This document shows, one piece after another, positions 44,984 through 56,020 of a stretch of DNA of 64,000 nt. A model generated the notes under the pieces. That model saw only the letters and a program-made list of their open reading frames with translations. It did not search any database and had not been told where the DNA came from. Numbering within the stretch: the stretch's first letter is position 1; every line of letters starts with the position of its first letter. Source of the DNA: an uncultured Hormoscilla sp. (GTDB lineage Bacteria > Cyanobacteriota > Cyanobacteriia > Cyanobacteriales > Desertifilaceae); NCBI GenBank assembly GCA_963921275.4, contig OZ001293.3:5472001-5536000 (forward strand), in the 5' to 3' direction. A program made the translations under genes and the position numbers.

Positions 44984-46051
44984 GTGGACTGGTGGAAGAA
45001 ACTGAAAAATAATCCTTTGGCCCGCTCGGGAGCCTCGCTGCTGCTGGTTTTCTATATAACTGTGATGGCAGCAGGCTTCGTCGCCCCTTATGACCCCTAT
45101 GTGGGACAGCAGGATGGGGCGCTGTTGCCGCCAACGAGGATTTACTGGCGCAATCAAGCAGGAGAGTTTATTGGCCCTCATGTTTATCCGACGACCCAGG
45201 GATCGGTGAGCCTGGAAACGGGCGATCGGGCTCTGATCGTAGATCGCACTCAGCCCTCACCTTTGGGTTTGTTTGTCAAGGGAGACCCCTATAAACTGTT
45301 TGGGGTGTTCCCGACAGACATTCACCTATTCGGCGCTAAGGGTGAAGGAAAGCTGAATATTCTGGGCACGGACGAGCAAGCACGAGACCAGTTCAGTCGC
45401 ATAGTCTATGGCGGTCAAATTAGCCTCAGTATCGGTTTGGTGGGAATTGCAATTTCCTTTCCCTTGGGCATGCTGATCGGAGGCATATCTGGCTATTTTG
45501 GCGGCTGGGCGGACGCAGTTTTGATGCGGATGGTGGAAGTGCTGATGACCATTCCCGGGATATATCTGTTGGTGGCCCTAGCTGCCGTGCTGCCCCCAGG
45601 CTTGACAAGTACCCAGCGGTTTCTGATGATTGTGGCGATCACTTCTTTTATTAGCTGGGCCGGGTTGGCACGGGTGATCCGCGGACAGGTACTCTCGATT
45701 AAGGAGCGGGAATTTGTCCAAGCGGCAAAGGTGATGGGGGCTAATCCGCTCTCTATTATTGTCCGTCATGTCTTGCCCCAAACGGCGACTTATGCGATCA
45801 TTTCGGCGACGCTATCGATTCCGAGCTTTATTGTGGCAGAATCAGTGCTGAGTCTGATCGGCCTGGGAATTCAGCAACCAGATCCTTCTTGGGGAAATTT
45901 GCTTTCATCTGCAAGTAATGCTTCAATTTTGGTGTTGCAGCCTTGGTTAGTATGGCCGCCAGCTTTGTTGATTATCTTGACGGTGTTGGCGTTTAATTTA
46001 TTAGGGGATGGATTAAGGGATGCATTGGATCCGAGAAGTTTACAGGGTTAG
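44984..46051 (+). CDS. Peptide ABC transporter permease (OppC/DppC type)
   Basis: LGTDEQARD, EFVQAAKVMGA, PSWG, FNLLGDGLRDALDP. Confidence 0.95.
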   Translation: MDWWKKLKNNPLARSGASLLLVFYITVMAAGFVAPYDPYVGQQDGALLPPTRIYWRNQAGEFIGPHVYPTTQGSVSLETGDRALIVDRTQPSPLGLFVKGDPYKLFGVFPTDIHLFGAKGEGKLNILGTDEQARDQFSRIVYGGQISLSIGLVGIAISFPLGMLIGGISGYFGGWADAVLMRMVEVLMTIPGIYLLVALAAVLPPGLTSTQRFLMIVAITSFISWAGLARVIRGQVLSIKEREFVQAAKVMGANPLSIIVRHVLPQTATYAIISATLSIPSFIVAESVLSLIGLGIQQPDPSWGNLLSSASNASILVLQPWLVWPPALLIILTVLAFNLLGDGLRDALDPRSLQG

Positions 46052-46135
46052 GATTCACTCCTGTACTGACACTCGCTGGCAGCGACGGTATGAAGACTTG
46101 GGTTTGGGATTCATGGAAATTATTAGTAAATTGGC

Positions 46136-46777
46136 TTATGTAGCTGAGTCGGTTTTCACGGGATGCTGTCCGTAGAAGGGCAGGGCCTGTTGCCAACTAG
46201 GACGTTTTCCAAGTTGCCAGTCGAGATGGGCAAGTTCTAGGACGCTGAACGCGGAAGCACCAAGATCTGCTGGGGCAACAATAAGTTGGTAGGGAGTCTC
46301 CCAACTATCGAGGGTTTGTTGCCAGATATCGGGGGCCCGTGCCCCATCTGGTAACAAGGGGGTAACTCCTTGGCCATTGACTTCGTAGATGGCGGTGAAT
46401 AACTGACCCCGCTGGGCAGGCATTTGTATGGCAATATTACTAAATTCTACAGAACTGTGCGATCGGGCGATCGCGGCCAGAGAGGAGACTGGGAACAGGG
46501 GAATATCCAGCTGCTGTGCCAAGGTCCGGGCGGTTACGACGCCCATGCGGGTGCCAGTGAAGCTGCCTGGACCGGTTGCTACAGCGATGAAGGCTAAGTC
46601 TGTCCAAGTTTGGGGTCCGATAAATTCAGCTAGTAGCAGGTGTAGCTGGGCGGACAGTTCCCGCCCCAAGTCCCAGGTTTGATAGCGGCTATCAGAGGAA
46701 AAGTTGGCTAAGGCTAAACCTAGTTGAGGGCTGCTAGTATGGAGGGCTAAACCGTATAAGTGGCGATCGGATGTCAC
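46136..46777 (-). CDS. tsaB: tRNA threonylcarbamoyladenosine biosynthesis protein TsaB
   Basis: GPGSFTGTRMG, VSSL, LPFYGQHP. Confidence 0.93.
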   Translation of the reverse strand: MTSDRHLYGLALHTSSPQLGLALANFSSDSRYQTWDLGRELSAQLHLLLAEFIGPQTWTDLAFIAVATGPGSFTGTRMGVVTARTLAQQLDIPLFPVSSLAAIARSHSSVEFSNIAIQMPAQRGQLFTAIYEVNGQGVTPLLPDGARAPDIWQQTLDSWETPYQLIVAPADLGASAFSVLELAHLDWQLGKRPSWQQALPFYGQHPVKTDSAT

Positions 46778-46797
46778 GGCAAGATATATTAGGTTGA

Positions 46798-47037
46798 TTA
46801 TCGTTTACTAGCGTGGAGAATGGTGATGCCAATAATCTCTTCGCGCCTATCGTAGCGGATAATGACATCATCATCGGTGAGTTCGCTATCATCAGCTGGT
46901 AACGCTGGTTCGTGAAAACTGATGTAAAACACATCTGCTTCTGAGTCGTAAGCAGTCCAGAAATCACGCTTCGGTAATTTGTTCGTTACTTTTGCTAGTT
47001 GTAAATATTGCTGTATATCAATACTGACTACGGCCAT
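46798..47037 (-). CDS. DUF2283 family antitoxin-like protein
   Basis: YDSEADVFYISF..IIGITILHAS. Confidence 0.8.
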   Translation of the reverse strand: MAVVSIDIQQYLQLAKVTNKLPKRDFWTAYDSEADVFYISFHEPALPADDSELTDDDVIIRYDRREEIIGITILHASKR

Positions 47038-47279
47038 AATTGTCTCCTTCTGTTCAAAGAACGAATTTTGCGGGTCAGATAAGCAGTGATGATAAATCCA
47101 TCATCTTCAAATTCTCGATAGGCAACAACCAGCCATTTCCCGGGGGTGAACTCACTAATAGCTAATATTTCTTGTTCGCTGCCTTCAAGAATCCGGTTTG
47201 TATGTCCTGTCAGACGGTTAATCCGTTTACCAGTTATCATATTCCAGATTTTGATGGTTTTGTCTTTGCTGCCACTCAC
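47028..47279 (-). pseudogene. Chimera of a WD40 repeat fragment and the C-terminus of a toxin-like gene
   Basis: SGSKDKTIKIWN..LTGH joined to KWLVVAYRE..DGFIITAY. Confidence 0.65.
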
Positions 47280-47643
47280 CAGTCGCCTTGCTTCTTTGGC
47301 AAATAACTCCGCTGCTTTCGATGTCTAAAGGGCCCACTATTCGTACTGCACCGTTCCGGCGTCTTCCGCGGAAGACACCGCCGGAAAAATCGGAGTACAT
47401 CGCTCAGTCATATCTGGGTATTAGTGTTGCGGTAAAAACTGCTTGATTACGCAACTGGGATGAGATGGCTTATATTCATCTACTGCTAAGCATGCTCAGG
47501 GGACGATAGCGATCGCACAACAGTAACTTTGACCGACAGTTGGCGCAGTTGGCGCAACTCGGCGCATTTCTGGTATTTTGCAGATTCTGGCAATTGGGAT
47601 TTAGACAGTAATTCATCCGATCTCCTTTGAGAAGTTAATACAA

Positions 47644-49317
47644 CTATTCTCCTGGATTGCCCTGAACATAAAACAATGGTAAACCTATCAACAAGCAAGC
47701 TAACAGGATGCTAAATCCTCCTTTGAGCAACCAACTGACATGAACTAACCCTAGGATTATACATCCTAGGATAACTGAATTCACTAATTTCTCTTCTTGA
47801 AAGTTTTCGTCTCTGCGCATCCGATTTTTCACGACCATGAACCCACCTGCGGCCATCGTTGCTACGAGCGGATGCCACAGCACTATACGGAAATTTAACA
47901 CAAAGCTTAGCATGGCAAAGGTTAATAAATCCAGCCAAAATTTTCTATCCTGCAATTGTGCCAACCAGAATCTTTGGGTTTGATATTCAGCTAGCTTTAC
48001 TTTGGCTGACTTAAATAACGATGAATTTTCGGGCTTGACTTGATAATCATGCTTCCACTCCGTAATTCGCTGCACTTGCCCAAACACTTTAATGGTTTCT
48101 ACTGATGCTGGTAATTCATGCTCGCCGATCGTCTTGACAATTTCTTTACCTAAATAGGAGTAATTGATTGGCGTCCCTTTCTCCCGCTGGAGGACGATAG
48201 TTACATATTTTTTCCCCCAAGTTAGCTTGACCTTTACCCAGTATTTAGTCAAGCTTGCCTGCAAAGCTTGTTCTATTTTCGTAGCCTTTCTCTTTTCGGG
48301 ATGCAGTGACACAACTTTGGGGTTTTGGGGTTGCGGTTTGGGGAGTTTCTCAGAAACAACTAGCGGTGGTGGCGGTGGTGGCGGCGCAACTAGGGGTGGT
48401 AATGGGACAGATGAGCTTTTCTGTACCGGGTTTAAGTCAGAGAGTATATAGGACGCTGATGAATAGCGACGTTTGAGGGCATTACAGAGCATTTTATCGA
48501 GAATTTGCCCTAGATGATTGGTAATTGGCGTTCTTAAAAAATCCCGCCACACCCATCTACCTTCTGTGCTATCATATAAGTCAAAGGGAGGAATCATCGT
48601 CAGTAGATGAATGCAGGTGACGCCTAAGCTATAGATGTCGCTGGCAAATACTGCTTTCCCTAAAAGTTGTTCTGGGGCTGTGTAAGCTGCACTACCTATG
48701 ACTGTACCTGTCTTGGGCCCAGGGGGTGTTACTTTGGCCGCACCAAAATCAACTAGAATCAGTTCACCCGATCCTGTACTCCGACGGATGATATTCTCAG
48801 GCTTGATGTCCCGGTGAATTACTTGCCGATCGTGAATATATTCTAAGACCGGTAACAGTTCCTTCAGTAGCTGGCGAATCTTCAGTTCGCTAAAGGCCCC
48901 CTGGTTTTCCAGTTCTTGGGCTAAATTTTGCCCCTCAATGAACTCTTGCACTAGATACTGCTGATAGCGCTGCGCTGGGCGCGTAGCGCTATCGTCCTGG
49001 GTGAAGTATGCTAGCAGATGGGGAATCTGGGCATGAACTCCCAGCTGTTCTAGCCGTACTGCTTCTTGGTAAAATCTTTCCGTACTAGAGGCGTAAGAGG
49101 TTTGCTGTTCTCTCAAAAGCTGCTTGATCGCACAAAGTGGTTGAGATGGTTTGTACTCGTCCACCGCTAAGAAGGTTCTGCCGAAACCACCAGACCCTAG
49201 GAGTTTGATGCCATGGTAGCGATCGCCCAAAAGTAAATTGGCCCCACAACCCAAGCAAACCTGGACATCATCTGGGTTCTGGGGGTTCTGGCAAGCGGGA
49301 TTAAAACAATAACTCAT
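47644..49317 (-). CDS. Ser/Thr protein kinase with membrane C-terminus and 9-aa in-frame insert
   Basis: CFNP.C..P.N, GSGGFG, HRDIKPEN, DFG, APE. Confidence 0.95.
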   Translation of the reverse strand: MSYCFNPACQNPQNPDDVQVCLGCGANLLLGDRYHGIKLLGSGGFGRTFLAVDEYKPSQPLCAIKQLLREQQTSYASSTERFYQEAVRLEQLGVHAQIPHLLAYFTQDDSATRPAQRYQQYLVQEFIEGQNLAQELENQGAFSELKIRQLLKELLPVLEYIHDRQVIHRDIKPENIIRRSTGSGELILVDFGAAKVTPPGPKTGTVIGSAAYTAPEQLLGKAVFASDIYSLGVTCIHLLTMIPPFDLYDSTEGRWVWRDFLRTPITNHLGQILDKMLCNALKRRYSSASYILSDLNPVQKSSSVPLPPLVAPPPPPPPLVVSEKLPKPQPQNPKVVSLHPEKRKATKIEQALQASLTKYWVKVKLTWGKKYVTIVLQREKGTPINYSYLGKEIVKTIGEHELPASVETIKVFGQVQRITEWKHDYQVKPENSSLFKSAKVKLAEYQTQRFWLAQLQDRKFWLDLLTFAMLSFVLNFRIVLWHPLVATMAAGGFMVVKNRMRRDENFQEEKLVNSVILGCIILGLVHVSWLLKGGFSILLACLLIGLPLFYVQGNPGE

Positions 49318-49327
49318 TGACGCGCCT

Positions 49328-49576
49328 TTAGGTAGGAATTAGTTCTCCGGGACGCAACAGCGCCCATTTACCAGTCTCCTGCTTAAAGCTGAGACAACCG
49401 ACAACGTCCCATTCCATCTCAATAATATCTTCTCTTTGGCGGATATTCACATTGATGGAGGGTTCAGTGGCTTCAAAATCTGGGGCCTCAGTTAGGTGCG
49501 GCTGCTGGTGTTGCGTTTCCACCGCATGATAGGTGGTGCAATGATCGACATAATGGCAGTTCACGCAAATACACAT
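49328..49576 (-). CDS. ycf34: Ycf34 family protein
   Basis: MCICVNCHYVDHCTTYHAVE..EWDVVGC. Confidence 0.93.
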   Translation of the reverse strand: MCICVNCHYVDHCTTYHAVETQHQQPHLTEAPDFEATEPSINVNIRQREDIIEMEWDVVGCLSFKQETGKWALLRPGELIPT

Positions 49577-49972
49577 TTTCCCATGGCTTCCATTACAGGC
49601 TTTCTGTTAATCTAGCTTAAACTTGGGGCGATCGGGAGTATTCCTTTTTTCTAAATGATCGCGCGGTGTCTGGAGTGTGTCGAGTCCTTCAGGACAAGAG
49701 CACGCGGAAGACGCCGCCCACAACCCCGGCTGCGCCCGACCCACCTCACTCACCCCCAGGCTAAAGCCTGGGGCTACACAAGCAAAGCCCGCCTGCGCGG
49801 GCTTGATGGTCAATTAGGATGGGACCGGTGATTTTGGTCTCGGTTGAGGTAATTTTGTTCTCGCTTGAGCAAATTTTGTTCAACGGTGAGGTAATTTTGC
49901 TCTCGCTTGAGGCACTGGATGCTCAACTGTCAGATAATTTTGCAACCGTAATGGTCCATTTGTAGTAGTTTT

Positions 49973-51313
49973 ATGGCTATGCTCGATACTGCTGCGCACC
50001 CAGCGCAGCGCTTACGGACTCTGAATGCCCTATCTCCGGAAACCTGGCCCTTTAGCCTAGAGTGGTTGCCCGCTGATGCTTATCTGGTAGGCGGTGCGGT
50101 GCGGGATGCCTTGCTGTCAAGTCGATGCCTGAGGGGTTTTTGCGTCAGCGCAGCGCAGCCGCGGCTGCATGCATCCCGAAGGCATCGAAGACGGGAGTAC
50201 CTGGATCTGGATTTTGTCATGCCCGCTGATGCTGTGGAAACGGCCAAACAGATCGCCAGTCACTATCAAGCTGGGTTTGTGGTCCTGGATGCGGACAGGC
50301 AAATTGCTAGAGTGGTGTTCTCATGCCTAACAATTGACTTTGCCCAGCAGGAGGGGGAAACCCTGGCCGCTGACTTGGGACGCCGAGACTTTACTATAAA
50401 TGCGATCGCCTACCATCTACAAAGGGGGGAACTGGTAGATCCCCTGGGAGGTTGTGCGGACTTGGAAGCAAAAATTATCCGTATGGTATCGCGCCAAAAC
50501 CTTCAAGATGACCCATTACGATTATTACGAGCATACCGCCAAGCTGCCCAGTTGGGTTTTGTCATCGAACCGGAAACGAGTTCTACTATTGGGGAACTCG
50601 CGCCCCATTTGTCAAGGGTAGCAGCGGAACGGGTACGAGTCGAGGTGGAGTTTATGCTGGATAATGCTTGTGGCACGATCGAATTGCAAGCTGCTTTTGA
50701 AAATAGTTTACTCGCCCCTTGGTTTCCGAGTGCTACAGCAGCGGGGTTGGCAAGAGTCGCAGCAGTCGATCAGGTCTTTGTCTTGTTGGCAGAATGTTGG
50801 CCAGACCTAGGAGTAAAACTGCAAGCATCCCTGTTGGAGACGCAAAAAACTTCTTGGTTGAGTATTGCTAAATTGGCGAGTCTGTTAAACCCCGATCCTC
50901 AGAAAGCTGAAGCCGAGTTATTACACTTAAAATACTCTCGTGTGGGATTGCGGGCAACCCTTGCGACCCTGAAGAGTTTACCCCAACTGCAAGCAGGCCC
51001 AATGTCTTTGCGAGAACAATATTTCTTCTTTCGGGAAGTCGGCGAGGCGTTTCCTGCTGCTTGCGTACTGACGGTGGCCAGTGGAGTGGACAAACAGGCG
51101 ATCGCCCCAATGATCGATCGCTATCTAGATCCGCAAGATCCTGCTGCTCATCCTACGGCCCTCGTGACGGGAACAGATTTGATGTCAGCACTCAATTTAC
51201 CGAGGGGAAGACAAATTGGCAAGTTACTGACAGAAATTCAGATCGCCCAGGTTGAGGGAAAGGTCTCGACAGCAGCAGAAACTTTAGAATTCGCCGCCCA
51301 ACTACTGAATTAA
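49973..51313 (+). CDS. CCA tRNA nucleotidyltransferase with two in-frame inserts
   Basis: LVGGAVRD, DLDF, RRDFTINA, DDPLRLLR. Confidence 0.93.
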   Translation: MAMLDTAAHPAQRLRTLNALSPETWPFSLEWLPADAYLVGGAVRDALLSSRCLRGFCVSAAQPRLHASRRHRRREYLDLDFVMPADAVETAKQIASHYQAGFVVLDADRQIARVVFSCLTIDFAQQEGETLAADLGRRDFTINAIAYHLQRGELVDPLGGCADLEAKIIRMVSRQNLQDDPLRLLRAYRQAAQLGFVIEPETSSTIGELAPHLSRVAAERVRVEVEFMLDNACGTIELQAAFENSLLAPWFPSATAAGLARVAAVDQVFVLLAECWPDLGVKLQASLLETQKTSWLSIAKLASLLNPDPQKAEAELLHLKYSRVGLRATLATLKSLPQLQAGPMSLREQYFFFREVGEAFPAACVLTVASGVDKQAIAPMIDRYLDPQDPAAHPTALVTGTDLMSALNLPRGRQIGKLLTEIQIAQVEGKVSTAAETLEFAAQLLN

Positions 51314-51421
51314 GAAACCCGGTTTTGACAAAAAACCGGGCTAGAGGGCTAGGTTTCTGGGTAGTGGTCAAGATGTAGTGGTTTGACTACGGGGATCTCA
51401 GGGTTTCAGGCGCTAAAATCA

Positions 51422-52261
51422 CTACTTGTGACCCACTACCCCCTCCAATCGTGCTACCTGCTCGTCCCAGAAAGTGACCCACAAATCGCAATACTGCATG
51501 CAGAGCTGAGCAATCTTTTCACGCTCCTCTGGCAAGAGAGACCCCTGCAGAATGTACCAAAGGTCATCCTCGTGGGTATCATCGTCTGCTTCTGCTTCAC
51601 TATCGTCGCTCGTACCGTGGCACATGTAATAGCCAGATTGAACGTTAACTCCAATGGCTTTGGTGTTCTCCCGTAGAGGTGCGCTGAAAAGGACAACGAC
51701 TTCTTCCCCAACTGCCATCAGGCTGACAACCTGACTTAAGCTGTCATAGGTAGACTCTAGATGCTGAACAATTTTTTGGGAGATCTCGCTGAGAACGTAT
51801 TTGTTTCGCTCCGTTCGACTAATCCCCATTGCGTCGATCACATCCTCAAACATGGGATAGTGTGCAGCGAAAGAGTTGCCTCGATAGTAACCATTTGCAT
51901 CGACCCCAGGGCGGAATCCGAATTCGTCGAGCACATTCAGGGTGAGCAAAAATCTGGCATGCATTTTTGAACCGGACGTTAAGCGTGGTTCTAGCTGCCG
52001 ACATTGGAATTGCGCCATCAAGAGTGCGTCGGTAAAGATCTGGACCATGGCGTGACGATACTCAAGATGGATTTTTTTTATCGCTTCTTTGCTGAACGCC
52101 GCTTCCCGGAGGAGTCTGATGGCTGGGTGGTTTGTAATCGCGTGATTGCCTATTTCCTTACGTAGACGGGTGATAAATACGCTGTTCTGTTGCCAATCGA
52201 CATCGGAAACCGAGCCTCGAATGGCTTTTCTGGCGCTATCACGAGGGTTATCCCATTGCAT
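51422..52261 (-). CDS. Probable heme-oxygenase-like diiron enzyme
   Basis: Helical protein with DEFG..AHYPMF, GEE, CHG..DDTH ligand-like spacing. Confidence 0.55.
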   Translation of the reverse strand: MQWDNPRDSARKAIRGSVSDVDWQQNSVFITRLRKEIGNHAITNHPAIRLLREAAFSKEAIKKIHLEYRHAMVQIFTDALLMAQFQCRQLEPRLTSGSKMHARFLLTLNVLDEFGFRPGVDANGYYRGNSFAAHYPMFEDVIDAMGISRTERNKYVLSEISQKIVQHLESTYDSLSQVVSLMAVGEEVVVLFSAPLRENTKAIGVNVQSGYYMCHGTSDDSEAEADDDTHEDDLWYILQGSLLPEEREKIAQLCMQYCDLWVTFWDEQVARLEGVVGHK

Positions 52262-52610
52262 GATTCCACTCCTTCATGACTGGAGAGTACTCCGTTCTCA
52301 CAGAATACGACCTAGCCTAAAAGCTGAGACCCTTGCTGAGAGCAGCTTACAGCCCGTAGAAGCCAGCTTTATGCCCGGCTGTAAGTCTCTCGGGCTGAAA
52401 CCCGCTTATGACAGGCAGTTATCCAAAGAACTTCCCACTGTCCAGTTCATGAATTATAAATTTTATCCTGGACTATTATAGCCCATATTTTGCTCTACAG
52501 TATTTATCATCAATACTTCGGACAGTTTTTCAGTGGCAATCGACTTGCGCTTTTTGCGGCTATTGAATGTGTCATTGCGAGAGGGGGCCCTTGCCGAGAT
52601 TACCGAAACT

Positions 52611-53753
52611 GGTAGTAATAAACATGTAGTGACATGACATACCATCCCTCTCTTAATCTGCATTTTTTAAGAGGACAATATAACATTTTGACTCTTATAT
52701 TAAGAAATCTTATCTAAGTTATAAGCTATTTAAATATCTCGCTTCTTGGGAAAATGCTATATTGTTATTAGTTTTATAATTTCATGAAAAGATGAGCATA
52801 TCGTTAGATTTGTGTTGGCGACCAGATTGTCCTAAGTGTAATAGTGCGCGAATCGTGAAAAATGGCAGCACTCATAATAAGAAGCAAAAATATAAGTGTA
52901 AAGATTGTGGCAGGCAATTTGTTTAAAACCATATAAAAAAGCAGATATCACCAGAAAATAAAAAGAGCATAGATGTTCTATTACTTGAAATAATTGCCTT
53001 GACTGGAATTGCTCGTATAACTAAAGTTTCCCAAACATTGCTTCAAAATTAAGTTAATAAAAAATCTGCTGAAACTCCCCGGTAAATAAAGGTTTCAGAC
53101 AAGCAAAAAGGCAAATTATGTATTGAATGTGACGAAATGTGGTCTTTCGTAGGGAATAAAGAAAATTAACAATGGATAAGGTTGGTACTCGATACAAAAA
53201 CAAGAGAAATTGTGGGACTTTATGTGGGCGATCGCAGTCGGTAATCGGCAAGACAATTGTGTAAATATTTACCTCCTGTTGCTCGACAATGGGCGGTTTG
53301 TTACACAGACTATTGGGAAGCGTAGGCTCTTCGGTACTTAGTATGGTATTTTGTTAAAAAAATAACGTTGTAAGCCTTGCTGCACAAGGCTGAGAGCCAC
53401 TTAGCATACAAAATGAAGGTAAAATGGCTTAATAAATTTGCAAAAGCCTTACACTGCAATGCTTTTGGCTATTTTTTACTATCAATTTAGCAAACCAAGT
53501 ACCGAAGACCCGAAGCGTATAACACAGTAATTCCGAAAAAGCGTCATCAAGCAGTGGGAAAAAAACTGGAAAAAATAATCATATTGAAAGTTTAAATAAC
53601 ACTTTAATACAAATAATTAGTCGATTAGTTCGTAAAAGATTATCATTTGACAAAAAGCTGGAAAATCAGATTGGATAAATTTGGAATTTTGTGCATGATT
53701 ACAATAAATGTTTGTCGGGATAGATGATGCATCACCACATGTTTATTACTACC
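52611..53753 (+). mobile_element. Degenerate IS1 family element
   Basis: TIRs GGTAGTAATAAACATGT / ACATGTTTATTACTACC; CPKC..KNG..YKCKDCGRQF and ECDEMWSFVG remnants with stops. Confidence 0.88.
53325..53511. mobile_element. ISL3-like MITE (187 bp) nested in the IS1, 8-bp duplication GAAGCGTA
   Basis: GGCTCTTCGGTACTT..AAGTACCGAAGACCC; GAAGCGTA at 53317-53324 and 53512-53519. Confidence 0.85.
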
Positions 53754-53766
53754 GGTTTCTGGGCTA

Positions 53767-54486
53767 CTATGATAAATCGCCAAAGCGTTCCTTGTATTGA
53801 GCTAGTAAAGCTGCCATCTCTGCTATCTGCTGCTGTGTTAAGGCATTAGTTGCCTCTAGTTCATGGTACGCTGTCTTTAGTTCCAGGGAAGTTTGCAGGC
53901 GATCGCCTGTTTGGGCGTCTTCCATGACGATGCGGCCCGAGCGCAAGCTCATGAACAACCCTACTGTTTCGCACAGGATCCGCCCTTCTTCATCGGGGGT
54001 TATGGGTTGGTAATTTTCGCCCACGAGGCGATAACCCAATACTTCTTCTGATACTGTACGTCGCTCAATGATGACGTACTCCTGCACTTTCCCTTCCGCA
54101 TATTCGACTACTTTGATCTCGCGATCTTCTTTGCGATAGCGGGGAGAGACAACTTCAATTATCAAGGCCGGGCGAGTTCCCTCGTTCTCTACCACAAATT
54201 TGCTGCGATTTTGTTCCGGGTTGCGCACATTGAAGGCCAGGAATACATCGGGACAGTTATCTGGCTTATTGGGGATGTCCCACCCGATCAATAAGTCTCG
54301 GAAGATGCCAACGGTGCAAGCGTTGGCGTAGCGACGCTTGAGCATATCTTTGGCATCGTCAGCTACGGTATCGTAAAATGTACTGTTAGGCAAGCGATCT
54401 CCTAGTTGAGGGTGCAGAAATTGTTCGGAAGTCAGGGGAATGCGCTGATAGATAATGGTCCCATCTGGTTGGGATGATTCTACCAC
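53767..54486 (-). CDS. Uma2 family endonuclease
   Basis: PDVF, LIIEVVSP..D..KV.EY..VQEYVI. Confidence 0.8.
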   Translation of the reverse strand: MVESSQPDGTIIYQRIPLTSEQFLHPQLGDRLPNSTFYDTVADDAKDMLKRRYANACTVGIFRDLLIGWDIPNKPDNCPDVFLAFNVRNPEQNRSKFVVENEGTRPALIIEVVSPRYRKEDREIKVVEYAEGKVQEYVIIERRTVSEEVLGYRLVGENYQPITPDEEGRILCETVGLFMSLRSGRIVMEDAQTGDRLQTSLELKTAYHELEATNALTQQQIAEMAALLAQYKERFGDLS

Positions 54487-54980
54487 TCGCCAGCCCCGTT
54501 CGGCTAATTCTGTCGCGCGATCGCCAGTTTTTTATGGTTTAATTTGTAAGCTGACCATCCTTCATTTCTCTGCTACTAAAGGAATAATTAACTAATTGAA
54601 AATAGATAAGAGCTAATTGCTATTAGCCATTCTCAATTTACCATTTGACATTAACAACAATCATCATAGCCTCCCAAGAGGCTATCGAGGGAAATCAGTT
54701 TGCGATCGCCAAAGCTAAAAAAATTGCTCGTCCGTGAGTTGCAGTTCTAATTCCAGAGGCGATTGTAAATATACCATGAGTGCAAAAATTAGGAGTTTAG
54801 TTCTAGTCTAACACAGGTCGAGCGATCCGGGGTACATCATATCGGAAACGCTGATGCGATCGCTGCGCTTCCGATCGGAGATATTACTCTAGCGGAAATT
54901 ATAGAGTCAGCACGAGAAGCCATCTACAGTCCGAAACACCGGTAATATCTACAACCAATCTACCCACAATTATCATAGAA

Positions 54981-55085
54981 ACGGAATAGTCGTGCTCAGG
55001 CACGGAATAGTCGTGCTCAGGCACGGAATAGTCGTGCTCAGGCACGGAATAGTCGTGCTCAGGCACGGAATAGTCGTGCTCAGGC
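54981..55085. repeat. Five perfect 21-bp tandem repeats ACGGAATAGTCGTGCTCAGGC
   Basis: Direct reading. Confidence 0.92.
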
Positions 55086-55299
55086 GTCGTGTAGGGCCGG
55101 TAGATATAAAAGACCGCTTTTCAGCAAGTGATTCATTTTGTATACGAATCGTAGACGAAGAAAGCCAGCGTCGGAGGAAACCTGCTGGGGTATGAGGTTG
55201 CGAAATATGGGTTAAATTGAGAGACACCCAACTTTGACAGTATAGTGGCAAAAAAAATTATGATATGATAATTTCCGGAGTGATGGACCGAGATGTATG

Positions 55300-56020
55300 G
55301 CATGACAAGTATAAAGAGCGACTATCTGAGATAGTGCGTAGCCATAGATCAGCGCCACAGGAGGCAGTGATAGCGAAACTGAACCCTATAATTAGAGGAT
55401 GGTGTAACTATTACAGAACGGTGGTGAGTAAGGAAATCTTCACTGACATGGACGAATACTTATGGAAGATACTATGGCATCGGGCGACTAGAAGGCATCC
55501 GAATAAAACGGGCAAATGGATTGCTAGAAAATATTGGGCCATGACCGGAGAACGCCGGTGGAGGTTCTCTAGCAAGTCGAAAGAAGGCAATGAGATAGAG
55601 CTAAACCGACACTGTGAAACTAAGATAATCAGACACGTTAAGGTGAAGGGGACAGCTAGCCCGTTCAATCGAGAGATAGTATACTGGAGTCAGAGATTGG
55701 GTAAAAGCCCGGATGTGAGTAGAAGAATCTCAAAACTAATCAAAAAGCAAAAAGGGAAGTGCTTGCATTGCGGGTTAAAATTTAAGCATGGTGACAGATG
55801 GGAGGTTGACCATATAAAACCAGTTTCAAAAGGAGGTAAAGACTGGTACGAAAACCTACAACTGTTACACGATTATTGCCATGACTACAAATCTGCCAGA
55901 GATGGTAGTAAAAGCCGTATCCATGACAAGGATGGCGAAACTGAGGAGCCGGATGAGGTGAAAGTCTCACGTCCGGTTCTGAAGACGAGTCGTCGGGGTG
56001 ACCCGATGGCTTAGTTTAAT
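55300..56020 (+). mobile_element. 5'-truncated group II intron (domain X, HNH, DV-DVI)
   Basis: LNPIIRGWCNYY, WEVDHI..LHDYCH; DV and GCTTAGTTTAAT end. Confidence 0.9.

Noticed and set aside
54981..55085. CRISPR array
   Set aside because: Head-to-tail identical units with no spacers
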